Below are positions 39,715 to 52,080 of a stretch of 64,000 nucleotides of DNA, piece after piece. Where the stretch lies: assembly GCA_964016885.1 (NCBI GenBank), contig OZ024743.1, positions 34,472,001 to 34,536,000 of the forward strand, given 5' to 3'. This stretch comes from Eledone cirrhosa. Lineage: Eukaryota. The notes under the pieces were generated by a model. The model had not been told where the DNA came from, did no database searches, and worked only from the letters and a program-made list of their open reading frames with translations. Each line of letters opens with the position of its first letter. Position 1 is the first letter of the stretch. The position numbers were made by a program, and so were the translations under genes.

Positions 39715-39996
39715 AAGAACAAACCGAGGTTTCACCTTGAGGTTTCTTATTGATAAGGTTCAGTTACGAAGGTTTCACAGATAAGTGTCTCAGAATCCAT
39801 ATTAATATTATAGACACGACTCCAGCCCCAATCTCTCATCAGACTTGTTAACCAAGCAAAACTAAAATTTCATTATCAGAGTGGGGCTGGAATCAGGTCT
39901 ATAAAATTAATATGGATCCTGAGCCACCCATCTGCGAAATGTCCGTAACTGAGTCTAACCATTAAAAACCTGAATGTGAAACCCCGTTTTGTTCTT
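39715..39996. mobile_element. ~280-bp foldback/MITE with ~115-bp imperfect arms
   Basis: aagaacaaac...gactccagcccca is the reverse complement of tggggctggaatc...ttttgttctt. Confidence 0.75.
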
Positions 39997-40103
39997 AATA
40001 TGTGCACTCTGCTATAGCATAGAGATCTGATATTGGTACTTCCCTCGGTAAACCACGAATATATATATATATATACACATAAGTATAGCTATATATATAA
40101 GTT

Positions 40104-40227
40104 TATCCCGGGTTCAATCGGGGGTACCCACAGTAAGTAAGGTACTCAATACAAAGCAACGTATAAATATTTAATATAGAAAAGGGTTCTACAGGACTAG
40201 AACTGTTTCATTCGGGAGAAATCATCA
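40104..40227. mobile_element. Family B island with a truncated minus-strand hammerhead (40186-40227)
   Basis: Head matches 55931-55975; minus strand TGATGA-tttc(tccc)gaat-GAAA-cag(ttctagtc)ctg-TA-gaac. Confidence 0.6.
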
Positions 40228-40291
<64 letters not shown>

Positions 40292-40352
40292 AGAAAAAAA
40301 AAATATATATATATATATGTGAGAAAAACCACAGACCCTCCATCTCAACTCA

Positions 40353-40390
40353 CCTTTTGAAAAGCAGAAGAACTGCGAAACCGGTAAAGG
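40353..40390 (+). ncRNA. Minimal hammerhead ribozyme with U3-A8 compensated core
   Basis: cctt-TTGAAAA-gcag(aagaa)ctgc-GAAA-ccgg-TA-aagg; helices I and II pair perfectly. Confidence 0.75.
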
Positions 40391-40459
40391 AACCAAATAA
40401 ATATATATATTTTTTTTTTAAATAAGACTCCAGTTGCATTTTCGATTTCATCTCTTTTT

Positions 40460-40505
<46 letters not shown>

Positions 40506-40557
40506 GCTTCCCATTGTTTCCTCGGTCCGATTTGACGAAAGTCGATCGAGAAATGTT

Positions 40558-40611
<54 letters not shown>

Positions 40612-40612
<1 letters not shown>

Positions 40613-40800
40613 ATTGTTTCTACTTTTGACACAAGGCCAGCAATTATCCCAGTGTAATACTGGTACTTTATTTTATAGACCCCGTAAGGATAAAAGGCAA
40701 AGTTAACCTCGGCGGCGGGATTTGAACTCAGACCATAAAGGCCGGAACTCTTTGCTGCAAAATATGACGTCCGACCTTCTACCGATACTGCCAATCCACC
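40612..40800 (-). mobile_element. tRNA-derived SINE
   Basis: Family match. Confidence 0.82.
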
Positions 40801-40898
40801 ATATAATATGGGTGTGTATTTATGCATGTGTATTATATATATATATGTGTGTGTGTGTCTGTGTATTATATATATATATATATATGTATATATATGTA

Positions 40899-40985
<87 letters not shown>

Positions 40986-41594
40986 TTATGAGTTTTAGTT
41001 TTCAACAGTCTTTGGAAAGAATTAATGCAATTATTAATTAAAATAGTAGAAATTAATACAAGCAAGATTTCACAGCCTAGCATTTTATGTAATGCTGAAT
41101 TGTATTAAGGGTACACAAGCTCGTGTAATGCTCAGCCACTTACAATTAATTTTTTTTCAGCAGGATATTCCGTTGATCGAATCGACTGGAACACGCTTCG
41201 TCGGTACCGACGGAAGACCAATAACATGCTTTATAGGAGGACATCTGTTCACCATCCCATTTTTAAAGCTGCACTCGCCGTTTCCTTTGTGGTACTGCAT
41301 CAGTCAAGGTCATAATAACTAGACTTTGTTTTTTCCTAACTCTTATCCTGTAATATCTTCGCTAGCACAGCTGACATTACTCGCTTCCGATGTCTTCTTC
41401 GTAAAAATTAAACATTCGTTTTTCTCCTACAACAGCCTAACAGCAGTTAAAAGCAGGCTTGCAAGGCGAGTTAACTATGATGTGGCTAGGAATGTGGCTC
41501 AGGCGAAACATGTGTACACATTTGGACAATTTAGTTGTAGTGATTAGTTTAGCTCTTTGCACTCTAAAATGGTCAGAAAACTTCGATATGCGAT

Positions 41595-41710
41595 AAACAT
41601 AACATGAAAATAAATTGTAGCGCATATCCAAATAGATGTGTTTTGGTAGTTTGGGGAGAAAATATATTTATTGGAGGGGGCATGTCCACTCCCCAGTTCC
41701 ACCACCACTG
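41595..41710. mobile_element. DNA-transposon-like (hAT-type) terminus
   Basis: Homologous to 49958-50084; both end ccccagtYccaccRYcMctg. Confidence 0.5.
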
Positions 41711-42030
41711 TATATATATATATAATTAAAAAGATTATGCTCTGTAACCTTTCCTAAGGGGTTAATATATCGAGCTTCTTCGCATTTGGTAAGAAACTGG
41801 TAATGTACCCAATTTATTCATTCCTCTCTATATATATACATTCATTTATTATGGCTATTGGTGAGCTTTTTTTACTCTAAAGTTTCACCTGCACACTCAC
41901 AGGAACACCAGTCTTGTCTAGTGAGTACGTAGGTGAAGCTCCAGAGTAACAAGGCTTAGCTATAATAAAGGAATATTTAAACTCTACTTCGGTATTGAGT
42001 TTTCATTCTTACGTCCGTCAATAATTCCTG

Positions 42031-42361
42031 TAATCTCAGGTCTTGAATAATCGTCCCCACCCCTCGCTTATTAATTTGTCAGATATTTTCCACCCACCCC
42101 CGTATTTTAGTCCAACCCCCTACCCGCTTATTAAATTTTGCTAATCTATCTCCTGCGAAATTTTATTGTAAGTGATTCATATTGATACAGCAGCTGGAGA
42201 ATTTATTCATTTTATTTTACATTATAAAAACATTATATATGACAAAAGAAGAACATTACAAGAAATCCCGTAGTTAAAAACGTACACTATTCAATTACTG
42301 ATTTCTCAAGCTCCCCCCGCCCCATTATTGCTACCCCTCCTATTATTTGGGACCCGAGAGT
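42031..42361. mobile_element. MITE with degenerate TIRs
   Basis: tctcaggtcttgaataat versus attatttgggacccgaga. Confidence 0.55.
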
Positions 42362-42364
42362 GCC

Positions 42365-44144
42365 AACAAACTCTCCTCCTCTCTATGTCTATCACACAAA
42401 ACTCTATTTTAATCCCCCTCTCTGTATCTACTAAAACCAAACTCTCCCCCTCTCTATATCTACCACGACACCACCTCTCTTATCTCCATCTCAATATCTA
42501 AGACTATAAATATCTACGCTTATCTCTCCCAATCGCCCTCTCTATACCAATCACCACTAAACTCTTCCCCTCTCTATATCTACTACACGGCATTCTCCCA
42601 TTATCCTTCTCTGTATATCTTCAACCACCAAACTCTCCCCCTGTCTATATCTACTATACAGAACTCTCTTCCAATCCCCCTCACTATATCAATTAACACC
42701 AAACTCTCCCCTTCTCTATATCTACAATACGGAACTCTCTTTCAATGCCCCTCTATATATCAATTAACACCAAACTCTCCCCCTCTCTATATCTACTACA
42801 CGGAACTCTCTTCCAATCCCCTTCTCTATATCTACTACACGGAACTCTCTTCCAATCCCCCTCTCTATATCTACTACACGGAACTCTCTTCCAATCCCCT
42901 TCTCTATATCAATTAACACCAAACTTTCCCCCACTCTATATCTACTACACGGAACTCTCTTCCAATCCCCCTCTCTATATCTACTATACAGAACTCTCTG
43001 CCAATCCCCTTCTCCATATCAATTAACACCAAACTCTCCCTCTCTCTATATCTACTACACGGAACTCTCTTCTAATCTCCTTCTCTATATCAATTAACAC
43101 CAAACTCCCCCCTCTCTATATCTACTACGCGGAACTCTCTTCCAATTCTCCTCTCTATATCTACTACACGGAATTCTCTTCCAATCCCCTTCTCTATATC
43201 TACTACACGGAACTCTCTTCCAATGCCCCTCTCTATATCTACTACACGGAACTCTCTTCTAATCCCCTTCTCTATATTAATTAACACCAAACTCTCCCTC
43301 TCTCTATATCTACTACACGGAACTCTCTTCTAATCCCCTTCTCTATATCAATTAACACCAAACTTTCCCCCACTCTATATCTACTACACGGAACTCTCTT
43401 CCAATCCCCCTCTCTATATCTACTATACAGAACTCTTTGCCAATCCCCTTCTCCATATCAATTAACACCAAACTCTCCCCCTCATTTATATCTACTACAC
43501 GGAAGTCTCTTCCAATCCCCCTCTCTATATCTACTACACGGAACTCTCTTCCAATCCCCCTCTCTATATCTACTACACGGAACTCTCTTCCAATCCCCCT
43601 CTCTATATCTACTATACAAAACTCTCTGCCAATCCCCTTCTCCATATCAATTAACACCAAACTCTCCCCCTCATTTATATCTACTACACGGAAGTCTCTT
43701 CCAATCCCCCTCTCTATATCTACTACACGGAACTCTCTTCCAATCCCCCTCTCTATATCTACTACATGGAACACTCTTCCAATCCCCCTCTCTATATCTA
43801 CTACACGGAACTCTCTTCCAATCCCCCTCTATATATCTACTACACGGAACTCTCTTCTAATCTCCTTCTCTATATCAATTAACACCAAACTCTCCCCCTC
43901 TCTATATCTACTACACGGAACTCTCTTCCAACCCCCTGTATATATCTACTACACGGAACTCTGTTCCAATCCCCTTCTCTATATCAATTAACACCAACCT
44001 CTCCCACTCTCTATATCTACTATACGGAACTCTCTTCCAATCCCCCTATCTATATCTACCATACGGAACTCTCTTCCAACCCCCCCCCCCTCTCTATATC
44101 TACTACACAGAACTCTACTCCAATCCCCTTCTCTATATCAATTA
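42365..44144. repeat. Satellite of interspersed 39-bp and ~31-bp monomers (left part)
   Basis: tctctatatctactacacggaactctcttccaatccccY and tctctatatcaattaacaccaaactctcccc. Confidence 0.95.
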
Positions 44145-44343
44145 CCACTTGATATAGACGTGATTTACTTTGCTCCGGATTTTTACGGATTATTGTCAAA
44201 AAACTGTGAGTTTATTGCTCAATTTAATAACATTGTTTAGTTTAACCCCTTGCCTGGGCCGTCAGACGTTGAGTCAACTAATTTTCGCCCCTTTCTGGGG
44301 CGAAATTTTCAATTTTCATCTCAAAACTGTAGACTTGGTGGCA

Positions 44344-46113
44344 ATGGATGCCATTTCCACCTCACACACTGTCGTGAGTGCCATGCCCACTAAGAAAAGT
44401 GGTGGAGGGAAGGTAGGAGTACAAAGCTTGCAGCCTTCCCCCCTCGCATCATCGAAAAACGTGGAAAATATAGAAACCACGAAACCAAACCCGGTAAATA
44501 ATACCAGCACCAACAACAAGAACAATGACAATAACACCACAACCAACAACTGCAACAATAGCAACACCAAGGAAAACATGAACAATATTACCAACAGTGA
44601 CAGTAACAAAAAAGACAACAACACCAAAACAACATTCGCACAGACCGTAAAAAAAAACGACATAACAAATGCTAAACAACTATTACAAGACGCAAAACAA
44701 TTCGTGACTTTTGGCGAAAACGGTGCTTTTAGCATCAATTCTCCACAGGAATTACGTAGAGAGGCTGTCCTGAAAACTGTGGTTTTCAGGACAATATCGA
44801 ACGTAACAAGAAAACCAGCTCAATTATCACAAAATGAAATTGAGCTGCTTCTAAAAGACGCAATGAAGGACTTAACCTTCATACAAAAAGGTAAACTGTT
44901 TGGTAGCATTTCGGTGCTGATGAACAACCAGTCAACAGCTCAAAAGTACTCGGTAGCACCCATTGTGTCCCCCCGCTTCACCTTTTACCCCACATACAGG
45001 GGAAAAAGGACACAAAGAATAAAAATAATGAGTATCACACCAAATGTAAACATTTGGTGGATACTATGTGGAATAATTAACTTTGACGAAGATAAGATAA
45101 TTTCAATAGGAAAGTCCTCCGGAGGTGTATTTGGTGGGACCACCGTAGAAGTTCTGGTGCAAATGAGCCCAGAACGAATAGCGAATATCCCACAACGCGT
45201 GCCTCTGGACGGGCTAACTTATATAAACATTTCAGTGGAGGGAAGGCGGCCGTCATGTTACCACTGCTTAAGCAGGGGTCACCTGAGGGCTGCCTGTCCT
45301 CAATTAACGAGTCAAAAAAAAAGGCTCTTCTGCCAACCCCGAACACAACAACACAACCACCATCACCACCACCACCACCACAACAACACGAAAAAATAAC
45401 AACACAAAACACTGTTCCACCCAACCCCTCCCCACCTAAAACAAATACAAAAGCAACCACAACAAAACCCCAAAATATACCCCTCCCCAACAACACGGAA
45501 CAGGACTCCGTATCAACATCACCCAGTGACGACGAGGGAGAACCCTTTCAACAGGTGAAAAGGAAAAAAAAAAGGCACCACATTAACAAAAATGCCACAA
45601 ACACACAACCACCAGCACAAACAGAACAAACATCACAAATAAAAAAAATCCACCCCTTCCCAAAACATAACACGTACTATAAAACGCAAACACCCGCAAG
45701 AACAACAAACAAAAACAAACACAACACAACAAAAACTCTATACATACATTAACAAGAACAATAAAACGTTGATGAAAGCAATAGAAAATAACCCTTCGGT
45801 GGAAACCGAAGGGATCACTTTCACCTACGCAGCGAACAAACCGCACCTAATGATGATTAGGGTCCCAACGGAAACCTATGTAACTTTGAAAAAGAACCAT
45901 CCAATGCATGTGGGGACCAACTGCACCAAACCACATAACAGCGTCCTATTGAGATGTTTCCCCACCCCCACACCAGACACCCACACCCCACCAAACACCC
46001 TAATCCCACCACACACTGATGTCCTCACCCCACCACAAACCACCACCCCACCAAACAACCCTTCCAACACCCCCCATGGAAATTGTGCAGCCTGGTCCCC
46101 AGGAGACGAAGAG
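44344..46113 (+). pseudogene. Tx1 ORF1 (gag-like, CCHC knuckle), frameshifted
   Basis: ATG at 44344; CYHCLSRGHLRAAC at 45256-45297; continues through ORFs 45255 and 45769; true end uncertain. Confidence 0.75.
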
Positions 46114-46159
46114 GTAAGTAATTTCCTTTCCTCTTCCTTTTTACCTCTTCAGCACCAAC

Positions 46160-49100
46160 ATGGCCAATATAAGAGTTGGATGTGTGAATGCACGCGGCTT
46201 GGGGATGTCCTGGAAACAGGGCAAACTCTTAAATGACCTCAGGTCGCACAGAGTGGATGTAATGGTTATTTGCGAGTCCAGGATCAGCAGCGAGCGCCAA
46301 CTGGCCCCCATCTTCGACGACTTTGAGATCTACGCATCTCTCTGTCAGCCGAGGGGTGGGGGTGGGGTTGTCGTTCTGCTGCGAAAATACCTGGGTCTTG
46401 CCATACAGAAGGTACACCTGGACCCGGAGGGTCGACTGGTGGTTTTAGACGTCGGCAGTGGTGAAGGTGGAGCTTTCAGGCTGGTGGCAGCGTATGCTCC
46501 ATCTGGGACACCGCGACCGGACTTCTTCCGACGCCTGGAGAATTTCCTGGGAACGTCTCGCTCCTTGCTTTTAGTGGGGACTGGAATGGTATCCTGGATG
46601 CACGTTGGGACTATGTAGGGGCATGTCCCGATAGAGGGGGGTGTAACAGCCTCAAACGATTAATCGGCCGATTTGATCTGGCCGATAGATATCGACTGGA
46701 TTTTCCGACTGTGCCACGGTGGACGTGGAGTAATCGCAGCGGAACATCCAGGTCGTACCTAGATAGGTTCCTAGTTAGAAATAAGGATAGGGACATATTA
46801 AGCTGTCCACGAATGTTCATGGTTGACTATTCGGATCACAAGTTGTTGACCGGAGTGGTCAACCTTGATAGAAATCATAGACAGGGACCCGGTTACTGGA
46901 AGCTAAACTTGTCTTTACCGACAAACAAAGCTTACAGTAAGCGGATTAGCACACTAGTTAAGCAGCGTTTGACGGGGGCAATTGTCAACAACAGGTGGTG
47001 GGGCTCTCTCAAGAGAGAAATTAGAATAGAATCGATAGGTTTTAGTCGGGAATTAGCATCAGATAGGAATAGAACTGAAAGGGAATTAACAAATAGAGTA
47101 GAAGAGACGATTAGGAGTGGCAACGTGGCCGGCGTGCTGGCGTCAAGAACGGCCCTAGACCAGTTCTTTGATGCGAAGCACGAGGGCTGCGTTGTCAGGA
47201 GTAAAACACGTGCTCTGGGTAACGAGGGAGCCAAAGCTGTTAGCTGGGCCCGAGTGACAGAGGCAAAAAGTGGAAACAAGTCCACGATTCGGTCTTTGAA
47301 GAACCAGGATGGACGCGTGATCCTTGAACCTGAGCGGATGAGCGCGGCCTTTCAACGGCGCTTTGCACGACTGTTCGGGAGAGGCGGCGGGCCGGGTGGG
47401 GCCATGGATTTCGGTCCATACCTCGACGGTCTGGCGCGGCTCTCGGACGAGGAGGCGAAGTCCTGCGAGAGGCCGATTTCAGCCGCTGAAATAGGGGAAG
47501 CGCTGAGCCAATGCGGCAAACGCAAATCTCCGGGTCTCGATGGTCTATCATACGAACTTTATGTAACGATGCCGGGCTTGTTCTCCGGTCTCCTCGAGGC
47601 GGTCTACTGCAACTGGCAACAGAACGGGAGAATTCCCAGTTCTGTGACCAAGGGCGTAGTCACGCTGGTGAGGAAGGACGAGAACAAGGGGGATGACATA
47701 GATAACTTCAGGCCCATAACTCTGCTAAACACAGAGTTAAAGATTTTGGCCAAGGTGTTAGCGAAGAGGTTGGCGCTTGTCGTCGGGAACCTGGTGGGAG
47801 AAGCGCAGACATGCGCAATCCCGTCCAGGTCAATACACGACAACCTCCACCTCATGCGATACATCGTAGAGAGGGTAGGGAACTAACCCGGCTTTGGTGG
47901 GGCCCTGATCAACTTGGATCAATCTAAAGCGTTCGATAGGGTTGACCATCGGTACCTGGATGCGGTGCTCGCGGCGACAGGCTTCGAACCCGTTTTCAGG
48001 GGCTGGATTGCTGCAATGCACAGCAGCAACACCTGCTCGAGGGTCAAGGTGAACGGCTACCTCTCGGAGCCGTTCCAAATCACGCGATCCATTCGACAGG
48101 GATGCCCTCTCTCCTCCCTCCTGTATGTGCTGGCTCTCGAGCCACTACTGAGGAAGCTGGAGCTGTTGCAGGGCATCCCCTTGGAACCAGGATTGCGGAA
48201 AGCGGTGTCGGCCTACGCCGATGACGTGACAGTAATGGTGTCGTGCGCCTCGGAAATCGGGCAGATCGGCACTTTACTGGAGGAATATGAAAGGTTCACA
48301 GGAGCCAAGCTGAACCGGGACAAGTCCGTCGGTTTGCAACTCAGGACGTGGAGGGGCAAAACGATGCCCTCCGACGGCATCGTCGGACGCTGGACGGAGG
48401 GACCGGTGAAGCTGCTCGGGGTCTGGTTCGGACCGGACCTCCAGGTGGAGAAAAACTGGGACGAGGTAGCGGGAAAGGTGTTTGCACTCGCCCAGAAGTG
48501 GGCCGAGCGCAAACTATCCCTGAAAGGTCGAGCGGAGGTGGCGAACGCTTATATAGCGTCCGTCATCTACTACCGCTTGACCGTCGTGCCTTGCCCAGAG
48601 AAAACACTCGCCAAAATGGAGCGCGCGCTCTTCCGATTTCTTTGGAAGAAGTGGGCTCCTTTGGTGAGAAGATCCATCTGCTGTCAACACCCTTCGAACG
48701 GAGGGCTGGGGATGCCGTGGCTGACGATGCGTAGACACGCATTAAGGCTACGGCACCTCCAAGTATTCCTCACCGGTCAGCCGGTGTGGGCCCTGTCTGT
48801 GAGGCGAGCCTCACCGAGCTGCAATCCTGGGTCAAGCAAAGACCGAGAAAAGTGGGCGACTGGCACATTGAATGTGCCCAGGCGCTCACGGCCCTCTGGC
48901 AAGCGGATCCGGCAATCAGTGGAGACTCAACCTCAACATTCTATAGAGGGTTGGTGCGCAGTAAGTGCGACGACGCTCTCAGAGAGGCTCTGGGCATGGA
49001 GGAAGACGAGCTGGCCAGTCTGTTCGGTAGGACGTTTGGCCCGGGACCGATGGACAACTTCCAAAAGTCCCTGGCTTGGCAATGTTACCGAGGAGCTCTA

Positions 49101-49574
49101 TCCGTTCGGGACAAGCTCTACAGACACGGGCGCCCGGGTAGGGACCCCTCGAAGATCTGTCCAAGATGCGTGCGTGACGAGGAAACCGTCGCACACGCAT
49201 TCGTACACTGCCCGGGTGTTGCTGACCTGTGGGGCTATGTAGAACGACTACTATCGCGGGTGGGACCAATCCGGCTGACCACCGAGAACATTGTCACAAT
49301 CAAACCACCTCCCCCTTTCAAAAACGAAGGAGAGGCGGTTTTCCTCTGTGTGATAGCCATGGCGAAAGAAGTTGTATGGTGGACAAGGTTAAAAGGGCTG
49401 AGGTCAGACACCTATCTCTCCGGCCAACAACTGGTCTTCTTTGTCAAGTACCACTTTAGAAGAAGGATCAGAATGGAGAGAGAGGTGCTCTACCCCAGCA
49501 AGTTTTATGAAAGATGGGTGAAAGTAACGAGAATGGCCCGAGTGAATGGGCCTTCTCTCTATATCAGCCTGTAG
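46160..49574 (+). pseudogene. Tx1 ORF2 (APE endonuclease, RT, zinc finger), disrupted
   Basis: VNARG, CES, SYLDR, SDH, KSPGLDG, FRPITLLN, DQSKAFDRV, QGCPLS, YADD, CPRC-x8-H-x4-C; frameshifts near 46578 and 48810, stop at 47884. Confidence 0.92.
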
Positions 49575-49815
49575 GTGAGAGAGGAGAAGAATGAGAGGAG
49601 GAGGGAAGCACCCGCTCTTTGTGCTCCTGAAGAGGAGGGTTGCACATTTTTTCGGGGGTTTGTGCGACCCATGTCAACGCCCCTCCCTATTGAGGACATC
49701 GATTGTTAAATTTAATTTGTTATATGTTTTTTACACGTCTTTTTAAATGTATGTAAACTCCCCCCTTTGTATTTGTCCCAATCTTTGATGCCCTGGTGGC
49801 AAATAAATAGAAATA

Positions 49816-49945
49816 TATATCTACCATACGGAACTCTCTTCCAACCCCCCTCTCTATCTCTACTACACAGAACTCTACTCCAATCCCCTTCTCTATATCA
49901 ATTAACACCAAACTCTCCCCCTCTATATCTACTACACGGAACTCA
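49816..49945. repeat. Satellite, right part (includes candidate TSD 49816-49904)
   Basis: Same monomers as 42365-44144. Confidence 0.9.
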
Positions 49946-50244
49946 CCCAACTATCTCAACATAACATTTAAATATGTTGTAGCGCATATAAAAATAGATG
50001 TGCGTTTTGGTAGTTGGGGGTGGGGTATAATTATTGGGGGGGGTGCTCTCCTCCACCACCATCACCCCCAGTCCCACCGTCCCTGACATATAAAGAGAGG
50101 TTAACAGTTTCTGTGTATCGTTTTTTAATTTGTTTTTTATATATGCTGAAATGACACTTCCACGATGTCTTTTCTTTATTATTTTTCATATATATTTGTG
50201 AATGCGTGTGCCTTTGTATATGTATGTATATATATATATATATA

Positions 50245-51320
50245 CATGGTGTCCACAAAAATGTATACACACTTTGAATTATGATAAAAACAATGTTTGC
50301 ATACAATGTTATGCTTTTTAATAATTAGTTAATATTTAGACATAGTAGACAGTGTTAGATATTTTTTCAGTTATGGCAAGTGTTGAAAATGATGACCATT
50401 CTAGTCCAGGCATTGCAGATAACGCAGATGGATGGAGTAGATGACATCGAGAATCATTTCATTTGTTATTTGGGTACATTCTCTTTCGATCACTGCTCTC
50501 AAACTCACATATGTTGCATGTTTCGTCTTATACATGTTTTATTTTACGTATCTCTGTAAGAAAAAATTCAGAAGTCTGGAGAAAGCGGAGGGAATTCAAC
50601 GCTACCTCTTCGCCCAATTCATTTGTTCGACAGATTCGAGTCAAAATAAGACCTCATATATCTAAGGAAATAAAATAAAAAATAATCGCCATCATCCGTG
50701 GTAATCCTGCGGGCGTATTGGCTTGTCTCAAAGTGTTTAGTTAACCTTTATGATATGATGTGCGACTAATTGTCGTTCTTGGTGGTGAACTACCTTCCCC
50801 CTTTTTCTTCTTTATTTATGTGTTTATCTCTCTTTTATGTGTTTATATTTGTATATATTATATATGTTTATATTTTCATTCTGTAAGCATTATATTATTA
50901 TATTTTTATACAACCGTATCTCCATATTGTTTCCGAATATGCGACATGATGGATTACTGCAACAAATCCAGAAAAGCCAAATCAGTGACTGTGTATTCGA
51001 AAGAGAGAGAAATGATGGAATTTCTCAAATGCAGATAACCCACACCACATAGTAATAGCTTGTAAGTTAAACTGATATTCAATAGTAACATGTGGGTTCT
51101 GAGGTGCCCAGTATGTGCAATTATAACGATTAACGGAGCCCTTGAACTTAAATGTGGTGTCATCGCTCCAAACAATGGAAACTGCGCACCATCCACATAT
51201 TTCGTCAGGTACCACTCACAAAACCTAACTCTTTGGTCAGTGTCATCTTCATTGAAGACATGGACTAATGCTGGAATATATATAAACATTGTTTTTATCA
51301 GTGTTTAATGTGTCTATACA
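50245..51320 (-). pseudogene. Tc1/mariner transposon remnant
   Basis: [41 protein letters not shown]...MWCGLS; TA-flanked terminus at 50245. Confidence 0.75.
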
Positions 51321-51326
51321 TTATAT

Positions 51327-51520
51327 TAGGGTGGTGGATTGCCAGTATCGGTAGAGGGTCGGACGCCATGCTTTGCAGCAAAGAGTTACGGCCCTTTATG
51401 GTCTGAGTTCAAATCCCGCCGAGATTAACTTTGCCTTTCATCCTTACGGGGTCGATATAATAAAGTACCAGTTATGCACTGGGGTAATTACTGGCCTTGT
51501 GCCCAAAGTAGAAACAATTA
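51327..51520 (+). mobile_element. tRNA-derived SINE
   Basis: Family match. Confidence 0.82.
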
Positions 51521-51559
51521 TATTAGGATACTCTGTATTTATATATATATGAATAAATG

Positions 51560-51864
51560 TAGGTGCATGGTTTAGAGGTTAGATCATTGGGCTTGTAATC
51601 GGGAAGTTGTGAGTTCGATTCTCGGACTGGGTGATGAGTTGTGTCCTTGAGCAAGACACTTTATTTCACGGTGCTCCAGTTGACTCAGCTGTAGAAATGA
51701 GTTGGGTCGTCACTGTTGTCAAGCTGTATCGGCCATTGCCTTTCCCTTGGACAACATCGGTGACGTGAAGGAGGGGAGACTGGTATGCATGGGCGACTGC
51801 TGGTCAACTTTGCCTGGACTTGGGCCTCGGTAGGGAACGTTCTAGGTGCAAATCTCATGGTCAT
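51560..51864 (+). mobile_element. tRNA-CORE-like SINE
   Basis: A box tggtttagagg, B box gagttcgattc, CORE-like tgtgtccttgagcaagacacttta. Confidence 0.7.
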
Positions 51865-52080
51865 GCGCGCGCGTGTATGTGTAATCAAGTAATTATTAAA
51901 TTGAACATTTTTTTACTGTACACTCCCTCATTTTTAACGAGTACTATGCTAGTATACATACATTCATACATACATTCATACATACATTCATGCATACATA
52001 CATACATACATACATACATACATACATACATACATACATACATACATACATACATACATACATACATACATACATACAAA

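Larger units (their letters stand above)
44145..49815 (+). mobile_element. Full-length L1/Tx1-clade LINE
   Basis: 5' UTR, ORF1, ORF2, 3' UTR with aataaa at 49802; satellite resumes at 49816. Confidence 0.92.

Noticed and set aside
42365-44144. CRISPR array or 13-aa repeat protein
   Set aside because: No unique spacers; the mixed monomers break the frame
51327-51420. tRNA gene
   Set aside because: The A/B boxes belong to SINE heads; no cloverleaf
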